From: Fimbriosthenelais zetlandica
Taxonomy: Eukaryota
DNA: 64,000 nucleotides
Direction: 5' to 3'
Assembly (NCBI GenBank): GCA_977030845.1
Contig: OZ365118.1
Coordinates: 20,398,001-20,462,000, forward strand
Part shown: piece after piece, positions 1-14,100 of the stretch
Numbering within the stretch: the first letter of the stretch is position 1
Layout: the number at the start of each line of letters is the position of its first letter
Program-made: the position numbers and the translations under genes
The notes under the pieces: generated by a model
Databases searched by the model: none
What the model saw: only the letters and a program-made list of their open reading frames with translations
Told to the model about the DNA's origin: nothing

Positions 1-3000
1 TCAACTGAGCACAAAGACAGGGGAGGAGCATCTCTCATGCTGCCACGTCCCCAAGGCACCAGAAGTCTGCTTTTAATGAATAAAAATGATGAGACAGGAA
101 GAATAAGCACTTTAAATGTTCCTCCCAGACACGCGGGACAGGGAACACAGAATCTAATTATCTTCACCAGAAGGAATGGCGGTCTGTGACGGGTAATGTG
201 AAAAGACGCGCATTACACTGATTACAAAGAAACATTAATTTCTTTCATTTGTAATAAAAAGAAGGGATTCCATTCAGGGATGAGATTGGCGAGGTGGGGG
301 AAGGTGTTACAACGTCATCTTTTGTGACTGTGATCAACAACTTTGTCTTCCATAAAGATTATGTAAAGACTAAAGTCCTCTCTTCACCTCAATAGTCTGA
401 GACAGTTCTTGTATCACTCAAATGAAGAGTCGAGAAATTTTGTAAGTGCAAAACAAAGTAAGTGATGGGAGACTTTGTCTTTATGTCAGAGAGTTGTGTG
501 GTCAGACTTTGTGACTTTGTGTGGGTCGGTTTGTCGGGGGTACTGTAGTAGTATTGACCATGGTCCTAATGTCCACACATGAAGCCATGTATACCACCTG
601 CTACCCTCACCTCACCTCACACTGACTGACCTTTACTGACATAACACTTAGTGAGCTTTAAAGGCACACTGGTGCACACAGGTAATGCCTGGCCTGGAGT
701 CCCACATCTTATATAGGGCCTCCAGCCCCCCCAACCCTACCCCCAACTTACAGGACACCAGCCCTGCCCTCAGCTAGCCCTGCCTCTCCAGACCAAAGCT
801 GAATCAACACAAGCAAATGGACAAACACTCGTGGACAACCAGCCGAGCCTTCACACCACAATACTGGACCATTTACCCTAATTAAACTCCCTCCACTCAC
901 GCCTGTAAAGTCCATACCGCACTTTTAATACCCAGGTTTTTAGTTAATGGAATTCATTACATCTTATTTCTTGCAGCTGCATGAATCATCGCACCCAGTA
1001 ATACTATCAGTAATGCCGATTTCCAGTCCATCTAATCAGCCATATCAGACACTGACCATTTATTAATCGGCAGATTGCAGGCAATACAATCAAGATTCAC
1101 TCTGTGGATCACTGGAGGCGAGATGCGAGGTGAGGGACTGGCGAGGGGCGTCCTCCAGGGCACCACCATGACAACAGGCTGAGGGTATGGAATAGAAAAT
1201 GATGAGTGGGGGCCGGGGGGTGGGGTAAATACATATGACTGGTCTGTCATGAATTGTCCATCGTTTCGCCACCCATGGCAGGTCCGGGTATTGAATACCG
1301 GCCATACAATCAGGGACGTCAGTGGACGCTTTCACAAATGACTATTTTCCTCTGATTGTATCAGGTAATAATAAATCATACAGCAGCTATTATAGAGGCG
1401 GAGTCTGAATGGCTTCATGATGAGGGGAGGGGTGACTTCACGGAGAAAACTAGATCTACTTACTACTACAAGACAGACTCAAATGTCTAGAAACTTGGTG
1501 AATAAACAATGTAGACGTACTAAATGGCAAGCAACTTGGTTATAGAAAAGTTGCAGCAACTTGAGTAAATTTTGCAATGACAAAGACAAAGTATACCCTA
1601 ATATGCTTTGTCATTTGTGAGATAATCCCAGTTTAAAAGTCACATTTCTACAGACAAGTGGAACATTGGAGTAAAGCGTGGAGAGGGAGAGACACAGGTG
1701 AATAATTGAGGCGGTGAGAAATGTCAGAGCACCACAAGGGAACTGTGATTCTCACCATCCAGGTTTTACTGCGCTTTACATCCAATCCTCGTCCAGTAAA
1801 CCGAGACATGATGCTTTAAGTTTTCATTGAGGATTTTCTTTATGGTATAGTTGTACATGCAGTATGTATGCTCGCTCATAGCACTAGTTGTGTTTTACAG
1901 GATGAAGATGAAACATAACACGACAGTGAACACCAATACATTCATGGAACCTATGGATTCTGTATGCAATTCTGTATCCAAGGCAAAGGCTCAACCAACT
2001 GATCTGATAAATGGCAGGGTTAAAACTCTGTAGCAGAGTGAAATATGAATGATATCTACCAATATAACACTGATTACCATCGGTGGGGGAATTAATTCTT
2101 TTACTTTGGTATTCATAACCACCACAGATTGGTGACAAAGCCCATTAAGGTAAACGGTAGGGGGGGGGGGGGGAGGGGGTATGTACACGTAGTCAAGGTT
2201 ACCTCATAATTACCCTACAATAATATTATTATATACCCCTGGATGGGACACTTTAAAGTCAGTACCATTTTCATAATGTGATTAATACTAGAGATAAAAT
2301 CATGTCAAGTTCTCGGAGATTTTTGCATAGATTAAAAGGATCCAACTAGTATAAATAAATGTACCTAAGATGACTAAGTTTCATGAGAGGGAATAATACA
2401 TTAGATATATATGAGGATGAGGATAGAGTGGAGGGTGCACTTAGTGGGAGAAATGTGCCACTGGGTCAGGAGGAAATGTAAAACAGTTCACCTTAACGGG
2501 GACATCTGGCGGCCTAACCGTTTACTACTATAACAGGGGGCAGGACTGGCCCGGACTGAGTCAAAGTACACTATACAATAGACAAATTGAAGTGATGATC
2601 TTTGAATCAGTCTGTTTTGAGAGGATTCTTGTCTGTCCATCTATTTATCAGTTTCTGTCTCCTACTGTCTTTTATTCTACCCCCCCCCCCCCCCCCCACC
2701 TTCACACTGTGTATTGGTATTGGCGGCCCCATGCTTGCCTCTAGTACAGTGTTTATTGACTATTGCCCATCTGACCCCCGCCTGGGATTTCTCTGTCAGT
2801 GTGAATGGCATTCTGTCAGCCATATACAAGTCTCACACCCTCCACCCATCATTCCTCTCTCACAGAAGTCAATCACACACATTAAACTTTACCCCCACCC
2901 GCCAGTCTTACCTCCCAGTCTCATCAGTATGCTAATCAAGCTCCACTCACCGAGCTGCCAACCTCTCACACAAATTACCCAATCTCAAAGTATGCATGGA

Positions 3001-6000
3001 TTCAGCTTAAAATGGATTTAAATTATTTAAATCAAATTTATACCAAACTGGTTTGGGAATTTGCCTAGCAAACTGAGGATTGAGAATAGATAGTGTAGGG
3101 GAGTCAGTCAATGTCATGCCTTCATCCATGACCAAATATTCTCCTGGTTTAATGAAAGCTGGTGAGAATCCGGGAACATAAAGAGGGATAGAGGAGGCGT
3201 GTCCCGGGATTAGAGATACACTGATTTATTCCCCATCTATTGACTCTACCTTCATTTCCCCTTGTCGGCCACATCCCTGGGGATATAAAGGGATAGGGTG
3301 CTACCCCACACCCCGAGGGACAAGCATTGACTTATTCCCAATAGCTTAGGCCAAACAATCCAAACTGTGGTGTGTATCTCACATGAACAATCCCCTTTAG
3401 ATTTTCTAAATCCAAAACCAAATGACATTCATGAATACAGTTCTTGAATTCATCATGATTGAATAAATAAAGTTGATGAATTAAACATGTTTAACTGGGG
3501 GACTTGAGACGTGAGAAACACACGTCTTTTATGTCTGGCTTTGATACCTTCGTGGATTAGGGACGCGGATCCTTAATGAAATTAACTAATCTCAAAGTAG
3601 CAATTCATCTGGAGAGAGTAATGGAGATGGGGGTGGGGGAAGGTAGGATGGTGTAAGGGAGACAGGAATATGGTCGCCATCCCAGCTAAATTAATTAATA
3701 AACTGATGAGGGATTTGTCATATTTTCCTATATGGCTCATATAACGTTTCATAATCCAGTCTTATAACATTTATTATGCAATGGATCCAGGGGACAAAGC
3801 CTCATTTTCTCTTACTTAGGGTTTAACTTTAAGTGCATCTGGAGCGACTTAGAGACTAAACCAGGGAAATACATGGCAATATATGAGAGAAAGTATCAAA
3901 TATAGAGAGTGTAGAAAGCCCAGAGATGACTGAGAGGTTAATAGAGGACAATAGTGAGGGCGAGTAGACTGTGATATCATAAAAGTAATGGGAAGATTTG
4001 CCTGACAGATCTGTGTAGAGAATGAGTCAATCTCTCTATGTCAGTCACGACACCTCTCTCTATATTAGACATCATATGGTGCCGTCATGCTTCTCTCATA
4101 CCTACTGACCGTGTGTTTAAACTACAACATATGTACATGGGTACAAATGGTACATCATACACAGTTAAAATCACCAAAATCATCATCATTCTCCTTGATT
4201 TTAAAGCCTTGTGGATTCCTTCTTTTACAAAGTGTTCCAAATTGAACCAGATACCTATATGTAATCTGGTTGAACATAAATGAACTAAATATCCATAGTG
4301 GAACCAGAGCTTTCCCTGGGCATATTAGTAAACCCAGCTGGGGAAATAGTACTGTATGCCCCTCAGAGACCATATATTCATTATCATGTTATACCTTGAT
4401 TGATAATATGTTAAGAATTTAACATAGATAAGCTAAAGCCCATAGAGACCCATAGTCTGAGCCATGCTTGTTAATCCAGCAGGGAGATATGACTGGGATG
4501 ATCCCGTGGGGAGGGATTAAGGGAGCATGTGAGAGATATAGGATTACAGGCTATTTTACCCCAATAAACAAACACAGACATGCTACCATCTAACCTCAAT
4601 ATCCTCACAGCGGGCAGGAAGCCTGCAGACATGGGGAGTGGGGAGTTGCATTTATTAAAGCAATGGGAGATTCGTTTTTATCGAAGGCAAAAATCTCCTG
4701 CTCAATGAACGATTACCTTTCTTACAAATGCATTTGAGTCTGCTTTAAGTACCTGGCAGGGACGTGTATTTAATGAATTGTTAAGTACACTAGCTATATA
4801 TAACCCACAGAATGTAAGTAGGACACCGGGCCTGAATGACTGGGTATATAATCAGATTTCTCCACTCATCACACTATTTTAAGTTAACCTCAATGCGGCC
4901 CACAAACAGAATCAACAGACCATGTCGGTACAGAGAAACTATATTAGACCAAGGTCGGTTCTCACATTCATTAGATTTAGAGACCAAGTTAAGTTCACTT
5001 GAGAAGTACAGTATACCTTGGAGCAAGAGGGGTCTAACATTGTACACAGGCGTTTAACCTTTGTTCAGGGTGTTACCGTACAGTCTGAAAATCTATTAAA
5101 ATAGACATAAACTTACTGCAACAATAACGTGACTTTTTAAAGCGTTAGAATGTAGAGAAGGTCATTGTTTTTCTAGTGTGATATGTTTAGGTCGGTTTAC
5201 AATGTTGTGGTCTCACACGACACTTCACAGATTGTCTTACATGTCATCAGATAGGATGAACTCACACGCCTGGGAAGTGAACATTATTTAAGTTAAGGAA
5301 ATGATGTTTTTCTTCCAAACTGAATACAATCTGTCACTCTGCTAAATGGATTGCTTATCCAATCCAATTAGGCCTGACAACATTTCAGACATGTCAATTA
5401 TTGCCGTCAAAGTTTGGGCAAATAAAAAGTTTTCATGTCACATTTAGTCAACTTGGTTGAGAAGATGTGATATTGACCTGACAAGGGGGGAGAACAGCCT
5501 AGCCATTAGTGGTAGAAATATTCAGTAATTTAATTACTAGTGAAGGTCTATTAGAGGGAGGATGTACTGAGGGGGATGGGTGGAGGATGTGTAAATTAAA
5601 TTACTAGTCAATTAATGTATTCAATTAACACCATTTCCATAGCAATGAATATATATGTTGGGTTGATTGGGGGGGGGGGGGGGTGAGGAGAGTCGTGGGG
5701 ACAGGAGGACGTGGGGGGATGCCTGGGGACAAATAACATTTCCTCTGACTTTCCCGGAAAGGAAACATTGGTTGTTCAGTGATCCGGACCAGATTTACAT
5801 GCCCCAACCCTGGCTTAAACGATGCAGTCAGGTCTAGTCTGGATGTTAGTCAGCTATATATGTACAAGGCCCAGCCCCCAGAGGCTTCACTAGACTTACA
5901 CTCGACATCTCCTCAAATTAATTAAATATATTCCCACCATAATATGCCTGCCTGGACCATATTAGGATTTCCCTCACTGAAAATTTCTTTCTCAAAAAAT

Positions 6001-9000
6001 CGCACAGAAGCGCAAAGAATGGATTATCCTTAATGGAAGAGTGCAATTATTTATAGCAGTAAAGAAATAATTATGAAGGTAGCTTGAGCACGTCTAGGTG
6101 ATGGTTACAGCACCATTTAACCGGGCTGACACGGCTCAGGCCCTGCTGGGTTTTTTCTTTATCTGTGAAAACCACATGCGCCATGAGATCTCCCTGTTTC
6201 CCCGATCACCTATTTTTAAACAACTTTAATTGTTTTTTCACTTCCTTCTTTTTCTTAAATTGCATTCTTAAAGCAAACCAAAAGTGGTCCTAATCATTTT
6301 GCAAAAACAGAAATCACCAAATAATAAATTTCTATGAACTCCATTTCGGAAAGGAGTAAGTGATTTCCGATTTCTAAATGATTTTTACAGGGAAAATGTT
6401 CAGTAAATAAATCAATTGGATAAAACAAAAGGCTGTGAGGAATAACCAAAATATTAGTCAATTCTTGTTTAGGCGTTAGGGGGATGGATGATTTTAGGTT
6501 GAGGGTCTGCCTATTAAGTGGATAATGAGATGATAATAAATAGACATCTATGAAAGCTGCTGCACTCCACACATTCACCGCTTCATTTGTCTCCCCAGTG
6601 AGAAACCGTAGTAACACAGATGCTAGTGGGGCAATAAGTCAGCCCAGTGATGGCCTATATTTGTGTATTGTGAGTTTGTTCTACTACACATCATTCCTAG
6701 CAAAGCAGGTCGGAAGTGGGGAATGTGCCTAGCATAACTCTCCCCCATGTTCCCCCACCCCCACCCCTACCCCGCCTCCCTTCCAACTCCAGCTTCCCAA
6801 TACCAAACACAAGCACAGAGCTCCTAGAAGACGAAATACCTACACACCACAATAACTTTATAATCGTTATGCAACAAAACATGTTATGTAACGCACTTTA
6901 TCATTATGAAATGGGTCATATTTATTTGTGAATTTTGTCGTAGGTTTGTCTGTAGGATCCGAGTGGGAAGCAGGATGGAGATTATATGTACATGTCATAG
7001 CCTCGACATTATCTCATAAAGTATCATGTCCTACACATACATGATTACCCTGACTGGCACTGTACAGGATGTTGGTTCATCTAATCATACTGACCAAGGA
7101 TGCTCACTTGCTTCTTGAAATATTATCCCAACAGCTGCAGAAATGAGTTCATTCTATTTTACAAAATGAACCATAATTTAATGTTAAGTCCGCAGCTTAA
7201 AGCAGACAAAGACTTGCTGTGGTTTAATGTCTAATTATGCCATAATAACTGTTCTAACCCCGTCAATACAGATCTCACTTTACGACCACAAGTCCATATA
7301 AAAGGTGGCAGAATCCGGGATATAAGTCAACGTTTGATCCTCTTACTAATCGTCTAAGTTCAACTTGACAGTGCTTGAGGGCAGGGGGAGCATTAGGGGA
7401 TTTAACAGGGGGCAGATGATGGCCCATCATGTAAAGAAGGCAGAGAAATAAACAGAGAGATAAAGAGAGAGGTCGCTATGTTAGCGTTTCACCTCCCATA
7501 GCTCCTACTACTGAGGGCAGACCAGCCTATAGTCTGATCAACAGGGCTTGAAATGGTCAACAAGTTCCCAGGATTCACCATTTACCTTATATCAAAGTCT
7601 TTCAGCAAATCCTGAGGGTTTAAGCGAAACTAAAACGCCTGATTCACACATGTCATTCATGTACTATCTACCAAAGGCACAGCAGACCAGGGCCTAAATC
7701 TAAACTCCCGAGCCTTACATGATGTATGTTAACTTGGTGAAAAGAGCCGACAAAAAGGCAGGAGGAGAGAGAGAGGGATAAATAGCCGGAATTTATGTGC
7801 TGATAATACGGGAGCTGGAGACAAGAGAGAAGATAAGAGAGAGACGGAGTGTTGTACAACAATCTGAGATGTAACAAGGCCACTCCAAGGATGCCAGCTT
7901 CTACTCTACTCATTCCTAGATACATTACACATCTGTGCACAATAAATACAGCTCTATATCCAGCTATCATTGCTGCACCGATCTCAACAGTTTCAATATC
8001 TCTAACGGTACAACTTTGTACAAGTACAAAGCCGATTTAGAAACTAGTTGTGAAGTGGACGATAATAACAATGTATTGGTTTACTATAGTATATCATCCA
8101 TACATGAGTGGTTCCTTTCTCAGAATATTCAATACAATAATATACTGTACATTATTTATTATACTGTAACAGTATATATACTGTATAATACACCCTGTCT
8201 GTAGGTGGCTCAGGGAAAGGGTCACTGAGCTTCACCCAAATTATGTGATATTAAATTCACAATATTTTAGTGTAATAAACACTTAATACGAAGCAAAGAG
8301 AATATAGTCATTGACAAAGGTTGAGTATGATCTAATATGACTCAATGCCGATTATGCGTGAATTCCTACCATAGTTACATCAACTGATCATCATCATGTG
8401 TGTCCTCTTTTTTAATCAAAGTACAAGAGTCCAAAAAACCTCCTGATATCGCCTGAGTGCACCACTTGGCTTATAAATATTTGCACACAACAAATTATCT
8501 TATCAATTCTGGTGTGCAGGAGCCGACACGCCAATGGGATTTCTATTCAAGCATTGCTGAATTCTGTTCATGAATTTATGACAATACACGCATTTATGAT
8601 AGATTTTAACAGCCTTTCATGTTCCGTATGGCATTATATACGGGGCACATAGTGGGATATATTCATACAGTTATAATTAAATATTGGTATCTCCCATGGA
8701 CACAACTGGTGCTTCCCCTCGACCTTTGTATATCTGGGTCGATGCGTGCTGATATCATGTAAAATATATGACTATGTCCTCAGTAATTTATTATCTTAAA
8801 ATATTTGCAAAATTATGTTAGTCCCTAGAGCATAAACAAATGAATTTCACTCCAAAGTTAAACAACAGCTGAAGCACATAGCCTAGATAAATTGGAGTTC
8901 AAATGAGATTAATTTTGTATGGGACCTGAACGTACAAGTAATGCCTGATATTTTTTCTAAGTTTTTAACACATGTTCACCACACACATGGTGGTAAGTGA

Positions 9001-10487
9001 TGTAGTGGCAGCAGGTTCACCCTGGAGCTCACATAACACATGTTGTCCACCTCTAGCTGTGGTCACCACCTATAAGATGGTGCTCGGGGAGGAAGATGGA
9101 GCTGAGTAAACATGTGGTCAGCTGGAGACGGTCAGTGAAGGTCAGTCTTTACTGACCAACTGGTGCACACAAGACACGTGTACCTCTTACACTCACCCTC
9201 CCCATTATGAGCACACTGTTGACATACATGTATGTCATTCTGTCTCTGGTTATTTTGCCAATATTTGATGATGACCGCCAGGTAATAAATAACAAATCAA
9301 GGAGGCTCGTCATAGAATGTTCTCTTTTTACAACAAAAAGAAACGAATTCCAGACAGAAGTATTATGGATTTTTCTGTCAACCTGTGGTTTGGGAGGTGC
9401 TAGGTTCTCTTGATGTTAATTAAAGCAGATAAAAATCTTTAGTTGGTAACACAATGTCACAGTTCCTTATCTACACACCTACACCTACCAGATTACTTGG
9501 AAATGTCATAATATATATATTATCTATCTACATCTTTGTCATACATTCACATTAGCTGGGACTGTCATATTTACTCACTTTGTTTACCGAAGATAACTAA
9601 CCCAGGACATTATAGAACCTAGATAAGATATACAGTCATTATTCCTTCCCAGAATAAGAAACATCACAATATCAAAAACAAAAGTTATTATAAATGATGG
9701 ACATTCTGTACAGTATTGAGTAAGGCTAGGTGTTCTAGTCTACCGAAGCTGTTCCTACTTCATGGAGTAGGCCTACTAGTCTAAGCTGAAATAACATCAT
9801 GGAAAATGATGGCGGAATGACCCGAGGGCACATGATAGATCTGGCCTGCCCCAGAACAGAAGCATGGAAATATATCCCCATTCATTCACATCTGCCTGAT
9901 TGTAGGCAGAGAGAATATAGCCTGGAGATATTGCTTTCAGTACGGCTTACTTCCATCCCAATCACTTAATCAGCCCCAACCTGTGTGTCCCTTGTTATGA
10001 CCTTTAAATATCGACATTGTAAAGTAAGCCAATCTACCATTTAATTAAAATCACCATATTTAACAGACATCATTAAAGTAAAACGGTACTCAGACTCAGT
10101 CACATGAATCAAATGACATGCGTTATGTAAAAGGTGAGACATTAGTAAAACTCTTGTATAAGTTAACATTTGGAGAAGAAACCAACGAGTGGATAAAGAG
10201 GGATGGGCCCCTTCATGCCTGCTGCCTTGCTACCAGTGGACATGACTAATTGTTTGGTCAAACTTTGGATCCCTGTTGTAGTTAGAATAGTTAGGGGAAA
10301 GGTACAAAAGTACCACAAACTCCACCACAAAGTGCAACGAAAGGGACATTTGCTATTCCTTTGTAATTGTCTAAGTGGGGCGGGGTCTTCCCAGTCGAGT
10401 AAACAGGTAAGTACACGAAGTCCCAAAGCCAAGGCAGACCCAAGTCGATACATCAACAACATACGGAGTAGAGAGTCAGTCACTTAC

Positions 10488-10571
10488 CGAAGGGAAAATG
10501 CGTCGAGGGCCCGGCATCTTCTTCTCTGGTGGGGATTTTATCAGCCATCCTTGGCAGATAGCTCCCTCCAT
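10488..10571 (-). CDS. GAB1: First coding exon of a GAB/DOS-family (GRB2-associated binder / Daughter of sevenless) adaptor; N-terminus of the PH domain
   Basis: Minus strand ATG at 10571 reads MEGAICQGWLIKSPPEKKMPGPRRIFPS (28 codons) and ends at a consensus donor CG|GTAAGT (plus 10482-10487 ACTTAC), phase 0. GWLxKSPPEKK is the hallmark start of GAB PH domains (human GAB1 [24 protein letters not shown]). Downstream exons not found in window. Symbol denotes family, not a specific paralog. Confidence 0.85.
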
Positions 10572-10890
10572 CCTTACTTCACTCTCTTCTTGCACAAGTC
10601 TGGATCTAATTGAAAAGCATGGCATTAATACCGTTTCAAATAGTCCCAAAGTTAGGAAGACTTTCTCAAACAGGAAGTTCCATGGGAATATGGCGGACGG
10701 GGTTCCCCGTGTGACGTCATGAATGATGGCTGTTGTAAGCTGAGTGCTGATTGGTTAAAGTGTCTGGGATCCTCTTCCGTCCGCCAATCAACGTCCGCTT
10801 TACAACAAGCAGATGAACGAAAACAAATATGGCGTCCGGAGATAGGTTTTGAACAGGTGGTCACTGAAAATTGTTGGAATAATCTGTGTT
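10572..10890. promoter_or_regulatory. Compact bidirectional promoter / 5'UTR region shared by GAB-like (-) and CAPN15 (+)
   Basis: CpG-enriched 319 bp between two divergent ATGs. Contains ETS-like CAGGAAGT 10671-10678, YY1-like AATATGGCGG 10687-10696 and AATATGGCG 10826-10834, full CRE TGACGTCA 10712-10719, ATTGG 10750-10754 and CCAAT 10784-10788 (opposite orientations). Confidence 0.75.
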
Positions 10891-11156
10891 ATGGGTTCTA
10901 ATGCGTCGGTATTACAATGGAACTGTACTAATTGTGCTCACATAAACCCCACGGAGCGAGGAAAATGTATTAAATGCGGATATGAGCGTGTAGTGGGAGA
11001 TCTACCGCCTCGAAACGTCCAGGATGGGCAGGAGCAGCAGGAGAATACACTCACCCAACACAGAGACAGTTTGGCCGAAGATTCGCCTCAAGATCCCGGG
11101 CCAGTTACTTCATCTCCAGGACAAGGATCATCTACTCCACCAGTGAACCATGATAA
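10891..11156 (+). CDS. CAPN15: CAPN15 exon 1 (RanBP2 zinc finger 1)
   Basis: [29 protein letters not shown]...; donor AA|GTATGT, phase 2, joins the G at 24551 to give AAG (Lys). Confidence 0.88.
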
Positions 11157-14100
11157 GTATGTATTAAGAATGTCATGATATAAATTTAAACCCTTCCTGC
11201 TTTCTCTTTCCTAGCATTTTGTAGGCCCATTTACATAGTGAAATTGGATTGTTGAGATTTGTTTATCTTCTCATAATCATATGATTCACATGACTCAGTA
11301 TCTGACTCAAGGGCAAAGAATAAGATTCACTTGTGTTACACAAATCGTAATCACCATATAATACTGAAAAAGAACAATAAAATAGCAATAGGGTATGGTC
11401 GATCCACAAACTGCTCATTCTAATGAACTATATGTATTTCATGCTGCATTGGCTTTTCTGACACACCCTCTTTTCAGAACATATAACTCAAAGACATCAA
11501 ATACACATAAGGACAAATATGACATATAAATGTGGGAAAAAGTTCCTGATTTGTACTAGAATTTTCCCATAATAGGTAAAGTCAAATCACAGTTCCTTGT
11601 GTTTCCCCACAGGAAGATAGTGTCATCAATTAATTTGACCTACCTCATAATTAGAGTGTCCAATTCCGGGGAACCAAGTTCCACATCTTTTGGAACGGGA
11701 GAATCCCTGTACCAGGATCAGCCCTCAGTGTGCATACGAAGTGACAATAAATGTTGTATCAGATCCGGAACAAGAATACATGTACCGGTACCAACAATTG
11801 GCAACATTACATGCATTCACGTGGATATTGATTTATGTATCGTTTTCCCACCATTGCTTTTTCCTTCCTTCTTGACATCATCTTGCAGTCAGTTCAGCTC
11901 TGGTTAAAGGTTAAAGCTTTTTATTTCCCGGCTTCTTCTCATGACAAGTATGAGTAAGAGGCTTTGAATAATTGATGAGCAGAACTGTTCTGTCTAGATT
12001 TGTTTTACGTTCCTCCGTACAGCCATGGAAGCTACATGGCTTTTATCACGTATTTTTACCTCTCAGTCTGGATCATATGTCTGGGCATATAATGAGAATC
12101 CCCTTTGTTAATATAAAATAATATTATGTACAATGAAATAGCTAATTATCGAGCTATAGATACAAGACTCGAGATTGCTCTAAATTGCTCCAGGCTAAAC
12201 AATTATTTCAAGCCATGTGATCAGACTATATATTACCAGATATGATCTTTTATGTCTATTACTGGCAACTCTTCAAATCTGGAAGAATAACCTGCAATCA
12301 GGAAATAATTTAATCAAATTATTGGATTTAATTTCTGGGAAATTTCTGGCAGAGGTGTAGAAAATGTCCCCCGGGGGATTATTTGAATCTAGTATAAGTA
12401 ATGTTCCCCTCCTGCCTTAGTCTCCCGGTTCTCTCTCTTTCTCTCACGTTTCTCTCTCCGTCTCCATGTAAGATCTATGGTATTCTCTCTCATCATATCA
12501 GCCTGTCTATGTCTGTGTCTTGTGTCTGTGTTATGGCCTGTGGGGGGGGGGGGGGGGGGGGGGTGGGGGGCTATTAGCAGTAATTTCTGTTGGTGATGGA
12601 TGTTTATAGCTTGTCATGAGCGCACATTGTTGTCCTAACAAGCCGAGTCCACTAATCAGGCACTCTACTTCAGGTCTGCCTTACCGTACACCCTCCACTA
12701 GTACCTCACTCTCAAACATATATCACCAAGATTTCACTAGTCTATATTTTAAGAAATATTTTTCTAGCAAAAGGAAATACCACAAAAAGATGGTCTAAAT
12801 TTGCACCAATGAAGCAAGGTATTTATTTGATTATTCGAGCATTAGAGCGAAAGGGAATCATCAACATGAATACACAACGGCTTTGAAGTCACAACTTCCA
12901 AGTTTTAAAGGAAGGTGACCATTACATTGAGCTGTTATTTCATGATTTACGGTAGTTTGTGTATTACCTCCCAGCCCAGCCACCTTCTCCACCAGACTGA
13001 CTAACGTCCCTCTTTCTCTGCCAATAGAAACATATTAGCTGATAAGCAACAACCACCGAGACAGAATAAAGAAAGACTTGCTATCTCAGAGTAAATGAAC
13101 TGGATGACCATTCCTGTCTGCCTTTACTAAATACAATGTTTACCAAGAACTCACAATATTGCGTTTTAAGTTCTGTCTGGTATTATAGAGAAGATAGCAG
13201 CTATAAATGTGAGCGGCAGATTGAGCGTGTGGAGGTATAATGTGAGCGTTATGAGCGTCTCCTATCTTTAGGCATTGTGTGATGTTTGTACTGATCTATG
13301 TTAGCATGAGAAGTACCCATTCCCCTCCAGCTCCCCACCAAGGCTTTCCTCTCTTCTTCCCATCAGTAGCTGCTAGGTCCTTTATAATCTGTGTGCTCCA
13401 TTCTCACAGTTGGTCATTATGTCATGACATATTCAACACAATTCCAAGCAAGTTAATATACTGAAATACATCATGAGATGTATTTCATAACATCTATTGA
13501 TTGAAAATAAAACTAATTTAAAATCTGAATCAATCAGAAAAATGGTACATGTACTTATAATTTGTATCAGCTAAAGAAAAACTATGATTTGGTTTCATTT
13601 TGCCCTATTAATGTATGAGCTCATACATTATGTTATGAATCATTAATATAATCCTCTGTAAGCCCCCCCCCCCCTGCCTGACCTTGAAGCCCCGGCTGTA
13701 ATTAATGGTAGGCCATGAGTTGTAGAACATTATCTGTTTCCTCTTTCACTCATTAACCTGGATGCTGGGTGGGAGGTGTGTGAGACAGGAAGGAAAACTT
13801 CACCCGCGTCTAACGATGTGATGAGATTTAATGAGAGAGTTGAATCATTCCTCTAACTTCCATCTAATCCCCCTTCACCCCCTGCCGGCTTTAATGTTCA
13901 CAGATTTACACCTTCAACTTCTCTCACAGGAAAAACTTCTAAATTGCTCCTTCCTAGATTTATACTCGTCTGACACGATCTTGTTTTGGATTCCATCCAT
14001 GGATGGAATTTAGAACTTGATTGCAGGACGATCTAAAGTCCTGTATCAACACAATAGAGAGCCATATCATGATTTCATTTCTGTGGATTTTATTTAGAAA

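Noticed and set aside
1032-1335. Pro-rich minus-strand ORFs as a downstream GAB exon
   Set aside because: The next GAB exon must continue the PH domain (WKRRW/F-FVL). None of the minus-strand ORFs in 1-10480 does.
2499-2512. CTCF-like motif CCGCCAGATGTCCC (minus strand); weaker matches near 21040 and 40385
   Set aside because: Degenerate 10-12/14 matches are expected by chance in 64 kb without ChIP or conservation data.
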